From contig JBBRNJ010000082.1 in the NCBI GenBank assembly GCA_038230375.1, forward strand, positions 1-38,159: a DNA stretch of 38,159 nucleotides, written 5' to 3'. The notes under the pieces were generated by a model. It did no database searches. It was not told where the DNA came from and was given only the letters and a program-made list of their open reading frames with translations. A program made the translations under genes and the position numbers. The stretch is from Polyangiales bacterium. GTDB taxonomy: Bacteria; Myxococcota_A; Polyangia; Polyangiales; Polyangiaceae. Below, piece after piece: positions 8,530 to 18,905 of the stretch (its first letter is position 1; each line of letters opens with the position of its first letter).

Positions 8530-9783
8530 TTGTCGCCAGTCTCGCAGGCCTCGCAGCCAGACCCCGAGAGCCCCTGGAGCCCCGTGCGCGGTTGGGCGGT
8601 GGCCGTCGTGGCGACGCTCGCGATGTCCGTGAGCTACCTCGATCGCCAGGCACTGGCGGCGGTGGCCACGAAGGTACGCGCGGATCTCGGCATTTCGCAC
8701 GGGCAATACGGATTGCTGGCGGCCGCGTTCGGTGGTGCCTACCTGGTGGGAGCACCGCTGGCCGGGGGCCTGCTGGACCGCGTGGGCGCGCGGCGCGGCA
8801 TGGTGATCGCCGTGATCGCGTGGTCGGCCGTCGCGGCGATGCACTCACTGGCGGTCTCCTTCATGACGTTGATGGCGCTGCGCGTGCTCCTGGGTCTCGC
8901 GGAGGCACCGTCGTTTCCCGGGGCGATCCAGGCGATGCGTAGATGCTTGCCGCCCGCGCGTCGCACGGCCGGTGTCGGCATGCTCTTCACAGGGAGCTCG
9001 TTCGGCGCGATGGTCGCCGCGCCGCTCGCGCTCTGGCTCTCCACGAAATACAACTGGCGTGCTGCGTTCATGGTGATCGCCGTCGTGGGGCTCGTGTGGA
9101 TCCCCCTGTGGCTCGTGGCCACGCGCGGTCTCTTCGACAAGCCGCTGGTGGAGCTCGAAGCGCACGCCGAGCCAGACTCGAATCGTGCACCGCTCTACCT
9201 GCGTCCGCAGAGCCTTCGCGCGATCGTAGGCGTCATCACCGGCGCGCCCTGCATCATGATGGTGCTGACGTGGTTTCCTCAGTACCTGGCCGAAGGTCGC
9301 CACGCATCGGCGCCGGAGATGGCGCGCGTGCTCTGGATCCCGCCGCTCGTGTTCGACATCGGCGCGATCGGCTTCGGCGCGCTGGGCAGCGCGCTCCGTG
9401 GACCGGACGCCCGCCCGCCGCGCTCTCTGATGCTCGTGGCCGCTGCGCTTGCCAGCGTGCTGATGTTCGTCCCGTACGCCCATGACATGGCCAGCGTCGT
9501 GACGCTCGCGTCCGTCTCGATGGCGGGCGGCGCGGGCGTGTACGTCCTCGTCATGGCGAACCTCCTCACGCAGGTCGCGCCCACGGAGACATCCCGTGCG
9601 GGTGGGATGCTGGCCGCAGCGCAGTCGCTCTCGCACATCATCGCGAATCCGCTCGTGGGCCTGGTCGTGGATCGAACGCATAGCTTCAACGGGGCGTTGA
9701 TGGCGCTGGGCTTCATGGTCATCCCCGGCGCCGTGATCTGGGCCAGCTTTCCGGCGCCTGTGCGGAGAGCGGTGGACACCTAG
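8530..9783 (+). CDS. MFS transporter (ACS/ExuT hexuronate-transporter-like)
   Basis: SYLDRQAL, motif A GGLLDRVGARRG, RVLLGLAEAPSFPG, about 12 TM segments. Start uncertain (TTG at 8530 chosen); the ORF extension to 7855 overlaps the kinase. Confidence 0.88.
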   Translation: MSPVSQASQPDPESPWSPVRGWAVAVVATLAMSVSYLDRQALAAVATKVRADLGISHGQYGLLAAAFGGAYLVGAPLAGGLLDRVGARRGMVIAVIAWSAVAAMHSLAVSFMTLMALRVLLGLAEAPSFPGAIQAMRRCLPPARRTAGVGMLFTGSSFGAMVAAPLALWLSTKYNWRAAFMVIAVVGLVWIPLWLVATRGLFDKPLVELEAHAEPDSNRAPLYLRPQSLRAIVGVITGAPCIMMVLTWFPQYLAEGRHASAPEMARVLWIPPLVFDIGAIGFGALGSALRGPDARPPRSLMLVAAALASVLMFVPYAHDMASVVTLASVSMAGGAGVYVLVMANLLTQVAPTETSRAGGMLAAAQSLSHIIANPLVGLVVDRTHSFNGALMALGFMVIPGAVIWASFPAPVRRAVDT

Positions 9784-9810
9784 CCGCGTTCGGAAGATCA
9801 TCGGCGCGCT

Positions 9811-10545
9811 TTGGAATCGAAGAGCAAGCGCCCCGGCGCCAAGACCACGTCGAACTCGATGCGCCCGACCAGCCGGCCCGTGAAGGGTCAGACGGTGCCA
9901 CCTGGAGGCGCGGCCCTATCGAAGAGATCCGCGATCTCCGCCGAGGAGCGCATCTCCGAGCTGGAGGAGGCGCTCGGCCATGCAAAGCGCGAACGCGCCG
10001 CCGACGATGAGCGGCTCCAGGAGTCACTGCAGCGTGCGGTGCGTATGGCGGAGCGACTGCAGCTGGCCGAGGGTGCCGCGAAGAGAGTGCAGGCGCGCGC
10101 GCTCGCCGCGGAGGAGGAGGTGGTGGTGCAGTCTCGGCGCATCAAGCGGCTCGAAGCCGAGAACGCCGTGCTCCGGGGCGCCGGCGTGAGCAGATCACGC
10201 GCGCTCGACGATCACGTGGGCGCACGCGCCGAGTCCGTGCTCGAGAAGCTGATGGAGATGAGGACAACGCTGATGGCCACGGCGTCCGCGCTCGACGACC
10301 TCACGCATCGCGAAGCGGATCTCGGCGACGTGCGCGCACGCATCATCAACGATGCGCGGCACATCCTGCTGGCAACTGCGGGAATGACGTACGACGCCAA
10401 GCTCCCAGGACCGCCCGCGGTCGCCGGCTCGCGTCCTCCCCCGATCGACATCTCGGAGATCGCGGAGCTGATCGAATCGTTCCGTCCCGGCCCCGGCCCG
10501 CGGTCGAGGCCCCCCGCCAGGAACACCCGCGCACCGAAGAAGTGA
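9811..10545 (+). CDS. Hypothetical coiled-coil protein
   Basis: 244-aa ORF with heptad-like E/R/A/L stretches (ERISELEEAL..., RIKRLEAENAVL) and Pro/basic termini; fills the gap between the MFS and GTPase genes. Confidence 0.7.
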   Translation: MESKSKRPGAKTTSNSMRPTSRPVKGQTVPPGGAALSKRSAISAEERISELEEALGHAKRERAADDERLQESLQRAVRMAERLQLAEGAAKRVQARALAAEEEVVVQSRRIKRLEAENAVLRGAGVSRSRALDDHVGARAESVLEKLMEMRTTLMATASALDDLTHREADLGDVRARIINDARHILLATAGMTYDAKLPGPPAVAGSRPPPIDISEIAELIESFRPGPGPRSRPPARNTRAPKK

Positions 10546-10552
10546 GGCCGCT

Positions 10553-11851
10553 TCAGCAGAAACGGCGGGCTTCGTCCCGGCGCCGGCGAGCGTCCAGAAC
10601 GAAGATGTAGAACTCGAACGCATCTGTCAGCGTGAGCTGCTCGCGCTGACGCGCCGCGCGTGCAAGGCCCCGCATGGCAAGATACGTGCGACCGTCGCAG
10701 CCGAGCAGGTTCGAGACCATCGCAGGATCGCGCGGCGCGTCCTCGGAGCCGCCCATGGCGGCGGCGGAGGCGAACACGCGGGTGAGCAACGACTCGCTCG
10801 CGAGGATGGCGCCGTGCGGATCGCCGATGCCGAGAAAGAGCTCCACCTTGCGTGCGCTGTCGCGCTCGGCCTCGGCGAACATCTCGATGAACGAGAACAG
10901 CTTGGCCTCGACCGTGGGTGGGCGTGGTGAGGAGCCGGCGGAGCTTGGCACCTGCGACGGGAAGCTCGGCACCTGCGACGAGCTGCGCGCCACACCCGCC
11001 GCGACCGCGAGCGGTCTACCGACGGTCTCGGGCGCGACCTCGTCGTCGGCGACGGGCTTCGCGGGCTCGCGCTCCTTGACGACGGGGTCGATCTTCTCGG
11101 GTTTGGCGGATGGCTTGGCGGAGGCTTTCGGTTGCGCGGGTGGCTTGGATGCGACGGCTTGCGCGGGTGGCTTGGATGCAACGGTTTGCGCCGGTGGTTC
11201 GACCGTGGTGCCCGTGCCGACGAGCGACTTGAAGGCCTCGCGGACGCCTGCACGGATCGTCTCCGAGTCTTCCTTGCCGTACTCGGAAAGGACGAGACCG
11301 GTGATGCGCTCGAGCCCATCGAAGACGCCGTCTCCGCGCGTGGCCACCGTTCCGATGGAGGGTGCGCCGTGCTTGTTGTAACGGCGGTTCAGCGCCTCCA
11401 TGGAGACCAGGTCGGAGAGGTCCTGCTTGTTCCAGTGGAACGTGTGAGGGACCTCCTTCAAGGTGCGCTGGTGATCGGCCAGGCTCGTCTCGAGATCTTC
11501 GAGAGACTCCTGGTTGGTCTCGAGGCGTGACGACTGCGAGTCCGCGACGAACACGACGCCGTCCGCGCCAGACAGTACGAGCTTGCGGGTCGCCTCGTAA
11601 TAGACCTGTCCCGGCACCGTGAACAGCTGGAGCCGGATGCTCATGCCGTTGACCTTGGGAACGCGTACCGGCAGGAAATCGAAGTAGAGCGTGCGGTCCG
11701 TGGGCGTTGCCAGGCTCACCATCTTGCCCTTGTTCTCGGGCCTGGTGGCGGCGTGGATGTACTGCAACGTCGTGGTCTTCCCCCCGAGCCCCGGACCATA
11801 GAACACCAGCTTGAATACAAGCTCACGGGTGTGGGGATTCACGGAGGCCAT
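10553..11851 (-). CDS. MglA/SofG-family small GTPase with a Pro/Ala-rich linker and a C-terminal helical domain
   Basis: Start MASVNPHTRELVFKLVFYGPGLGGKTT. MglA signatures TDRTLYFDFLP, TVPGQVYY, DGVVFVADSQ and NKQD. About 235 extra C-terminal residues. Confidence 0.9.
   Translation of the reverse strand: MASVNPHTRELVFKLVFYGPGLGGKTTTLQYIHAATRPENKGKMVSLATPTDRTLYFDFLPVRVPKVNGMSIRLQLFTVPGQVYYEATRKLVLSGADGVVFVADSQSSRLETNQESLEDLETSLADHQRTLKEVPHTFHWNKQDLSDLVSMEALNRRYNKHGAPSIGTVATRGDGVFDGLERITGLVLSEYGKEDSETIRAGVREAFKSLVGTGTTVEPPAQTVASKPPAQAVASKPPAQPKASAKPSAKPEKIDPVVKEREPAKPVADDEVAPETVGRPLAVAAGVARSSSQVPSFPSQVPSSAGSSPRPPTVEAKLFSFIEMFAEAERDSARKVELFLGIGDPHGAILASESLLTRVFASAAAMGGSEDAPRDPAMVSNLLGCDGRTYLAMRGLARAARQREQLTLTDAFEFYIFVLDARRRRDEARRFC
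10942..10980. repeat. 21-bp in-frame tandem duplication (SQVPS repeats) in the GTPase linker
   Basis: AGCTTGGCACCTGCGACGGGA followed by AGCTCGGCACCTGCGACG. Confidence 0.7.
11132..11197. repeat. 27-bp in-frame tandem repeat, about 2.4 copies (PPAQ[TA]VASK), in the GTPase linker
   Basis: TTGCGCGGGTGGCTTGGATGCGACGGC / TTGCGCGGGTGGCTTGGATGCAACGGT / TTGCGCCGGTGG. Confidence 0.85.
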
Positions 11852-11987
11852 GCAGCGGCCAGAATACCGGACCTTCGGCCCGCAACACATAGGGACGTGG
11901 AGGAAACGGTTGCGGGCAGGGAAAGTCATGCGGCTGACGCTCGGCACCGTCGGCGGCTTGACGCTCGTGTGCTAGAAAGGGCATGTT

Positions 11988-12734
11988 TTGCGCGGATTCA
12001 TAGATCTCCACTGCCACTTCTTGCCCGCCATCGACGACGGGGCGAAGACCCCGGAGGACGGCATTCGCATGCTGGAGGGCCTCAAGCGTGCAGGGTTCTC
12101 GATCGTCTGTGCAACGCCGCACATGCGGCCCGGGATGTTCGAGAACACGCGCCCCATTCTGGAGGCCGCCTTCGAGGCGATGCGCCCGCACATCGAGGCG
12201 GCCGGCGACTCGGTGCCCAAGACCGTGCTCGCGTCCGAGCATTACTTCGAGGACACGGTGTTCGAGCGGCTCGTCTCCGGGCAGGGGCTTCCGTATCCGA
12301 TCATGGATCCTGCGCGACCGCCGAAGCGCCGCGGCGTGCTCGTGGAGTTCAATCCGATGGGATTTCCCCTGCGGCTGACGGATCGCATCTCCGATCTCGC
12401 GCGCAAGGGCCTCTTCCCCGTCATCGCTCACCCGGAGCGATACCAGCCGGTGTGGAAGGATGATCACTGTCTCGATCCGTTCCTCGAGGCAGGGGCACGC
12501 CTCTTGCTCGACGTCTGTGCAGTCATTGGAAAGTACGGACGCGCGGCGGAGCGAGCGGCAACCAACCTCCTTGAAGAAGGAGCCTACGAAGCAGCCTGTT
12601 CCGACGCGCACCGACCAGAGGACGCAGAGGCGACGGCGCAGGCCATCCTTCGACTCGAGTCCCTGGTCGGCAAGGCGGAGGCAGAGCGGCTCCTCTCGGC
12701 TGGCCCACGCGCCATCCTCGGGAGCGCTGCATGA
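11988..12734 (+). CDS. PHP-family protein-tyrosine phosphatase (CpsB/CapC/YwqE-like)
   Basis: IDLHCHFLPAIDDG, ATPH, LVEF, IAHPERY and CSDAH motifs. Confidence 0.92.
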   Translation: MRGFIDLHCHFLPAIDDGAKTPEDGIRMLEGLKRAGFSIVCATPHMRPGMFENTRPILEAAFEAMRPHIEAAGDSVPKTVLASEHYFEDTVFERLVSGQGLPYPIMDPARPPKRRGVLVEFNPMGFPLRLTDRISDLARKGLFPVIAHPERYQPVWKDDHCLDPFLEAGARLLLDVCAVIGKYGRAAERAATNLLEEGAYEAACSDAHRPEDAEATAQAILRLESLVGKAEAERLLSAGPRAILGSAA

Positions 12735-12769
12735 GCGGCGCGAAACGGTCCACACGGAGACGAACGACG

Positions 12770-14047
<1,278 letters not shown>

Positions 14048-14063
14048 CTCCAGCGCGCGGCAT

Positions 14064-14684
14064 CTAGAACCACTCCTTTGGCACCTCGTTGTTCATGAAG
14101 TGCACCGTGTTGGGCGCCTTCGCGCTCGACCAGAAGGACTCCTCTGGCGCGTCAGCCGTGCCGCGCGAGAGACCCTCGATCGTCGACCACGACGGACGCA
14201 TGCCCGGTCGCAGTCCATGAAGGCCGCTCTGTAGCGCGGCGATCACGTACGTGTGCCCGGCGATCCGGGCGCCCAGCCGCTCCGAGAGCTGCATCGCGAA
14301 ATCGTGGCCGCGCTGCGCGCCGAGCGTTTCGCACGTGCGGAACCACACAAGTGAGCCGGCCTCCGGCAGCATGCGCTTCTGGATGGCGGTGAGCGCCTCC
14401 GCGGATGCACCGCCCTCCCCCAGCGTGGTCCGGGAGAAGACGTCGTCCGCGATGAGCGCCGCGCCCCATTTGCCATGCCCCCAGAACTGCACCTGCCCCA
14501 GCGGACGCCCTTCCTGGAACGTGGCGAGCCAGGACAGTGCCGCCGCCCAGCTGGTCGCTGGAAAATACGCGTCCACGCGCCCGAGAGCGCGGTAGACGCG
14601 GGCCCCCGTGCGCCATGCGGTGCGCAGGGGTCGTTCGCCCTGCTTGTCGGTCGCATCGTAGACGAGGAGGCGAAGGGCACTCAC
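14064..14684 (-). CDS. DUF4347-like protein (predicted caspase/hemoglobinase-fold His-Cys peptidase)
   Basis: VQFWGHGKWG and VWFRTCETLGAQRGHDFAMQLSERLGARIAG resemble the DUF4347 pattern (HG..G; LYGC....G..G..F...L...GA.VA). Start uncertain (GTG at 14684 or 14750). Confidence 0.6.
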   Translation of the reverse strand: MSALRLLVYDATDKQGERPLRTAWRTGARVYRALGRVDAYFPATSWAAALSWLATFQEGRPLGQVQFWGHGKWGAALIADDVFSRTTLGEGGASAEALTAIQKRMLPEAGSLVWFRTCETLGAQRGHDFAMQLSERLGARIAGHTYVIAALQSGLHGLRPGMRPSWSTIEGLSRGTADAPEESFWSSAKAPNTVHFMNNEVPKEWF

Positions 14685-14742
14685 GGCTTTCGAGGCTAGC
14701 GGAGGTTCGTGGAAGCAGCCGCAAGAAGACGCTCCGTGTTTC

Positions 14743-15495
14743 GTGGACAATCACCCCAGGGCGCGCGACCATTCGAGCACCGTGGATCCGCAAGCCCTCT
14801 CCGCCAAGCTCGACAAGCTCATCGCCATGCGTGGCGATCCGAAATCCGGCGTAGGCGCACTGGCCTTCTCCGAAGCCCTGGGCGACGTGGATCCCGATCT
14901 GCTCCTCGTCGCGGTGATCGCCGCGGTGCGCGAGCTCCTCATCCCCGAGTGGGCCTCGCGACGCAAGGCCGACGTACGACCGCAGCGCGCCCTCGAGACC
15001 GGTGAGGCGTGGCTCAAGGACAAGACGAACCCCGAGGTGATCGCAGCAGCGAAGGCCGCGGCGAAGGCCTGCACCGAGGCTCGCAACGAGACCTTCGGCG
15101 ACGACCACCGCGTGCCCGAGGCCGCGCGTCACGCCGCATGGGCCGCGACCGCCAAGGACCACAAGGGGCTCTTCGAGGCGCTCGAGGCGACCGAGCACGA
15201 GCTCCTCGCGCGCATCGCGCTCACGTCGGAGTATCACCTGGGGCCGGACCAGCGCCGCGCCGTGATCGGCGTGCTGCGCCGCGTGCTCATTCCCGTGGAA
15301 GCGAAGCCCGTCATGGGTCCCGAGTCGCTCCCGCCGAAGCCGCCCGCGCCCTACTCACCCGACAGCCACTTCGATCTCGGTCAGGTGATCATCCACAAGA
15401 AGTTCGGCGACGTCACCGTCACGAGTGTGGGCGAGACCTGGGTCGAGGTGACGGTCCCCGACGGCACCAAGAAGCGCCTCGCGCACAAACCGTGA
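14743..15495 (+). CDS. Hypothetical protein: Imm5-like helical domain plus a C-terminal Tudor/SH3-like domain
   Basis: DVRPQRALETGEAWL...AARHAAWAA (Imm5-like); FDLGQVIIHKKFGDVTVTSV...VEVTVPDGTKKRL (PcrA/UvrD C-terminal Tudor-like). Confidence 0.65.
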   Translation: MDNHPRARDHSSTVDPQALSAKLDKLIAMRGDPKSGVGALAFSEALGDVDPDLLLVAVIAAVRELLIPEWASRRKADVRPQRALETGEAWLKDKTNPEVIAAAKAAAKACTEARNETFGDDHRVPEAARHAAWAATAKDHKGLFEALEATEHELLARIALTSEYHLGPDQRRAVIGVLRRVLIPVEAKPVMGPESLPPKPPAPYSPDSHFDLGQVIIHKKFGDVTVTSVGETWVEVTVPDGTKKRLAHKP

Positions 15496-15532
15496 TGGGC
15501 CGTAGACGCGCTTGCTTCGCGTGGCCCTGCCG

Positions 15533-16306
15533 CTAGTCCTTGCAACAGAGGACGCCGCCGACGCCGGGCCCCTTCACCGCATTCGACCGCTCGTCCGAGC
15601 CAGCCGTGCATGACCAGGGTGGCGAGCCGAGTCCGTTCGTGCCCGAGCATCCGTCTCCCAGCGTGGCGTTCCAGGGCGGGGTGCAGCTGCCGCTGGGAGC
15701 TTTCACGTTGCCGTTCCCACAGCCGAACAGGTCGTTCGTTCCATCAACGTCCCCCGCGTTGGCAGTGCACATCGCTCCGCCCGCGACGGGCTGTCCGCTC
15801 GCGTAGAACACCTCCGGAAGGCCAGCAACGGCGCTCTTGCAGTCACCGCCAGCGGTGCTGAAGTCCTCCTTGTTCTTGCAGATGTGCCAGCCTGGCGCGC
15901 ACAGATCGATGGCGGAGCAGCCCTGCCCGGACACGTTCGCTCCCGCGTTGCCGCCGCCCCCATCACAGGTGCGGCTCTGCGACCAGCGGAGGCCAGCTAC
16001 GTTGAACGCGCCCTGACAGGCCGCGACGCGCTGGAATGCGCCCGCGTCGACGAGGCCCTCGCGCGTGCCGTCTGCACACCCCGAGGTCGGCGGGACCACG
16101 ACGGGCGGGCCTGCGTCCGACATCACTCCCCCATCATCGGTCGTCGAGCTTCCATCGGTCGTCGAGCTGCCTTGAGCGTCCGCGCCGTCTGCCCCAGCGT
16201 CGGTCGGGACGTCGGCGCCAGAGAACGAGCTACATGCGTACGAGGCGAGCAGCAAACCTGCCGCACCACACGTCCACAGAGTCAGCTGAGGACGGCATGG
16301 GCGCAT
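15533..16306 (-). CDS. Cys/Gly-rich putative lipoprotein
   Basis: Hydrophobic N-terminus with SYAC, a DAG/SSTTDG linker, then a GCADGTREG...LCAPGWHIC...GGVLCCKD Cys-rich domain. Confidence 0.75.
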   Translation of the reverse strand: MRPCRPQLTLWTCGAAGLLLASYACSSFSGADVPTDAGADGADAQGSSTTDGSSTTDDGGVMSDAGPPVVVPPTSGCADGTREGLVDAGAFQRVAACQGAFNVAGLRWSQSRTCDGGGGNAGANVSGQGCSAIDLCAPGWHICKNKEDFSTAGGDCKSAVAGLPEVFYASGQPVAGGAMCTANAGDVDGTNDLFGCGNGNVKAPSGSCTPPWNATLGDGCSGTNGLGSPPWSCTAGSDERSNAVKGPGVGGVLCCKD

Positions 16307-16347
16307 CCCACCGAGGATACCCCATCAACCGCCCGAGACATCCACGA

Positions 16348-17001
16348 TCAACCGTCGGGCATGAGGAACGCAGAGGCGAGCTCGATGGCCGTCGCGAGGT
16401 TCGCCTCGTGCGTGTGGCCCGAGCGCTTGCGGGGCGCGAAGTCGTGATCGCCGTCGGGCAGCCAGGCGATGCGCGGGGTGATGTGGAGCTTCGAGACGGC
16501 CTCCTCTCCACCGAAAGAGTCACGCGTGCCCTGAAGGATCAGGGCCCTCACTTGCAGGGTCTCCAGGTGGCGAATGCGATCGTGGGATGGCGCGCTCTCC
16601 CCCTTCTTCTGCGGCGGCCAGAACGGATAGCCGAGGCACACGAGCGCGTCGGCACGGACGTCGTCGGCGAGCATGCTCGCGATGCGCCCCCCCATCGACT
16701 TGCCGCCGATGGCCAGGCGCGCGGCCGGTGGCAGACGCTCTCGCTCCGCCGCGATGCGCGCGCGGAACGTCTCGAGGAGCACGGGGGCTCGATCCGGCGC
16801 ACGCGCCTTCCCCGTCTTGCGGCGCTCCTCCATGTACGGGAACTCGAACCGCACGACCCGAACGCCGCGAGCGGCCAACCCCTCCGCCACAACGTTCATG
16901 AACGCGCTGTCCATCGGCGCGCCAGCGCCGTGCGCGAACAGGAAGGTCGAAGGGCCTCGGAGCGCCCCCTCCGCCAGAGCCGGCGCGGTCACGATTTCCA
17001 T
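16348..17001 (-). CDS. Alpha/beta hydrolase (KANL3/Tex30-like)
   Basis: FAHGAGAPMDS, RFEFPYM, nucleophile GGKSMGGR, CLGYPF, QGTRDSFG, DGDHDF. Confidence 0.9.
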   Translation of the reverse strand: MEIVTAPALAEGALRGPSTFLFAHGAGAPMDSAFMNVVAEGLAARGVRVVRFEFPYMEERRKTGKARAPDRAPVLLETFRARIAAERERLPPAARLAIGGKSMGGRIASMLADDVRADALVCLGYPFWPPQKKGESAPSHDRIRHLETLQVRALILQGTRDSFGGEEAVSKLHITPRIAWLPDGDHDFAPRKRSGHTHEANLATAIELASAFLMPDG

Positions 17002-17075
17002 CTTGTGTATACTACACGGAACCGCGCCTCCGTCTGCTCGGCTGCACACGCGAGCGTGGACAATCGGCGATTATC

Positions 17076-18293
17076 GTGCAGAATGCCCGCGCTTTGCGTC
17101 AGTCCACTCCGCCGCCGCCCAGCAAGGGTCCCGGCTTCCTCCGAGCGCACAAAGGGAAGCTGGTCGCGTCCGTCATCATCACGGTCTCGATCTGGCTCAT
17201 GATGCGCAAGGGCGGGCTCGCGCTGGTCCCCGAAGGTGGCAGCTTCAGCCAGGTGAAGTGGTGGACCCTGCCGGCCTACCTCATGATCATGGGCGCCATG
17301 AGCTACTTCCGCGCGATGCGCTGGCGGTACCTCCTGCGCTCGTTCGCGGACGTCGCGCCGCGCCGCCTGCTCGCGGTGTCCTGGATCGGCTTCGCCGCCA
17401 TCATCCTGATGCCGTTCCGCCTGGGCGAGTTCGTGCGCCCGTACATGATCCGCGAGAAGGGAAAGATCTCGCTCTCCAGCGCCACGGGCACCGTCGTCGG
17501 TGAGCGCGTTGTCGACGGCCTCTTCCTGTCGCTCGTCCTGGCCGCCGCGCTCATTCTGGTGCCCACGGTGCATCCGCTGCCAGAGACGGTCATCAACCTG
17601 AAGGTGTCCGTCGCCTACGTGCGCAAGAGCGGCTTCGTGATGCTGGGCGTGTTCGCGTCGGGCACCGTCGTGCTCATGGCATTTTACTTCGCGCGTGCGT
17701 GGGCGAAGAAGCTCACCCTTCTCGTCTTCGGTCTGGTCTCGAAGAAACTCGGAGAGAAGCTCGCAGAGACGGCGGAGAAGCTCGCGAACGGGCTCCACTT
17801 TCTGGGTCGTCCTCGGGATGCGCTCCCGTTCCTCGCAGAGACGACCGTCTACTGGGGGCTGAACGTGCTCGGCATGTGGCTGCTCGCATGGGGCTGCGGG
17901 GTCGCGCACCCGGACGGCTCCGCGATCACCTTCGGCGAGACCTGCGCGCTGATGGGCATGCTCGGCGTCACCATCCTCATCCCGGGGCCCCCGGGCCTCC
18001 TCGGCGTCTTCCAGGTGGGCATCTACGCCGGCATGGCGATGTACTTCAGCGCCGAGATGATCACGGGCCCTGGCTCCGCGTACGTGTTCCTTCTGTACGC
18101 CCTCCAGATGCTGTGGACCTTCGGGGCAGCCGCGTTTTTCCTGGTGATCGACCGCAATGCGTTGAGGCAGCTTCGCCAGGCTGAAGAGGACGCCGAGCGC
18201 GTCGCCGACGGGGCGTCCGAGTCCATCCTTCCGCCCGCCGCCCCAGACGGGCCCGCGAAGGGGTCCCGAGCGTCCGGCGACGCCGAGGAATAG
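17076..18293 (+). CDS. Lysylphosphatidylglycerol-synthase TM / flippase-like membrane protein (UPF0104)
   Basis: RAMRWRYLL, MPFRLGEFVRPY, TVVGERVVD and IPGPPGLLGVFQ motifs; multiple TM segments. Confidence 0.88.
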   Translation: MQNARALRQSTPPPPSKGPGFLRAHKGKLVASVIITVSIWLMMRKGGLALVPEGGSFSQVKWWTLPAYLMIMGAMSYFRAMRWRYLLRSFADVAPRRLLAVSWIGFAAIILMPFRLGEFVRPYMIREKGKISLSSATGTVVGERVVDGLFLSLVLAAALILVPTVHPLPETVINLKVSVAYVRKSGFVMLGVFASGTVVLMAFYFARAWAKKLTLLVFGLVSKKLGEKLAETAEKLANGLHFLGRPRDALPFLAETTVYWGLNVLGMWLLAWGCGVAHPDGSAITFGETCALMGMLGVTILIPGPPGLLGVFQVGIYAGMAMYFSAEMITGPGSAYVFLLYALQMLWTFGAAAFFLVIDRNALRQLRQAEEDAERVADGASESILPPAAPDGPAKGSRASGDAEE

Positions 18294-18343
18294 CGCCCCA
18301 CAAATTTGGCCCGCCGGGAACAGCTTCGATAAGTGATCTGTGC

Positions 18344-18868
18344 ATGATGCACAGAGCTCACGCGCCTGCTCCCTCTGGTCGCTCTGCACGCGTAAAGCAT
18401 CGCGGTGCGTTGGCGGTGGTGCTGGGGGTGGTGCTGCGAGGGAGCGTGGTCGGAAGCATCGCAGGGGCGCTGGTCGCGACGGCGATCGTGCTCACGGGAC
18501 CGGATGCATCCGCAAAGTCGAGCTTCGACTCGGCGTATGGGTTCGACCGCACGTGGAACGCCGCGCTCCGGATGGTCCGCGTGGACATGAACATGAAGGT
18601 CACGGAGAAGGACGAACAGAACGGCTACCTGCTGTTCGACTACAAATCGCAGGAGTCAGCGAAGCCTTCCTCTGGCTCGATGGAGTTCATCCGGGGCCGC
18701 GACTCGGACTCCGTGCATGTGGTCGTGCAGCTCCCGCAGATGCCGAAGTACCACGAGCAGGTCCTCGTCGACGACCTCGCGCGAAAGCTGCGCAACGAGT
18801 ACGGCGAGCCGCCGCGCCGCAAGCCCACGCCGTCCACACCGATCGACGCTGGCTCCGACGGAAACTAG
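18344..18868 (+). CDS. Hypothetical exported protein
   Basis: Hydrophobic N-region ending ...ASA-K, followed by a compact alpha/beta domain (YGFDRTWNAALRMVRVD...EKDEQNGYLLFDY). Start uncertain. Confidence 0.7.
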   Translation: MMHRAHAPAPSGRSARVKHRGALAVVLGVVLRGSVVGSIAGALVATAIVLTGPDASAKSSFDSAYGFDRTWNAALRMVRVDMNMKVTEKDEQNGYLLFDYKSQESAKPSSGSMEFIRGRDSDSVHVVVQLPQMPKYHEQVLVDDLARKLRNEYGEPPRRKPTPSTPIDAGSDGN

Positions 18869-18905
18869 AAGCGCGCGCTGCGAGTGGGTCCCTCAGGACC
18901 CACGA

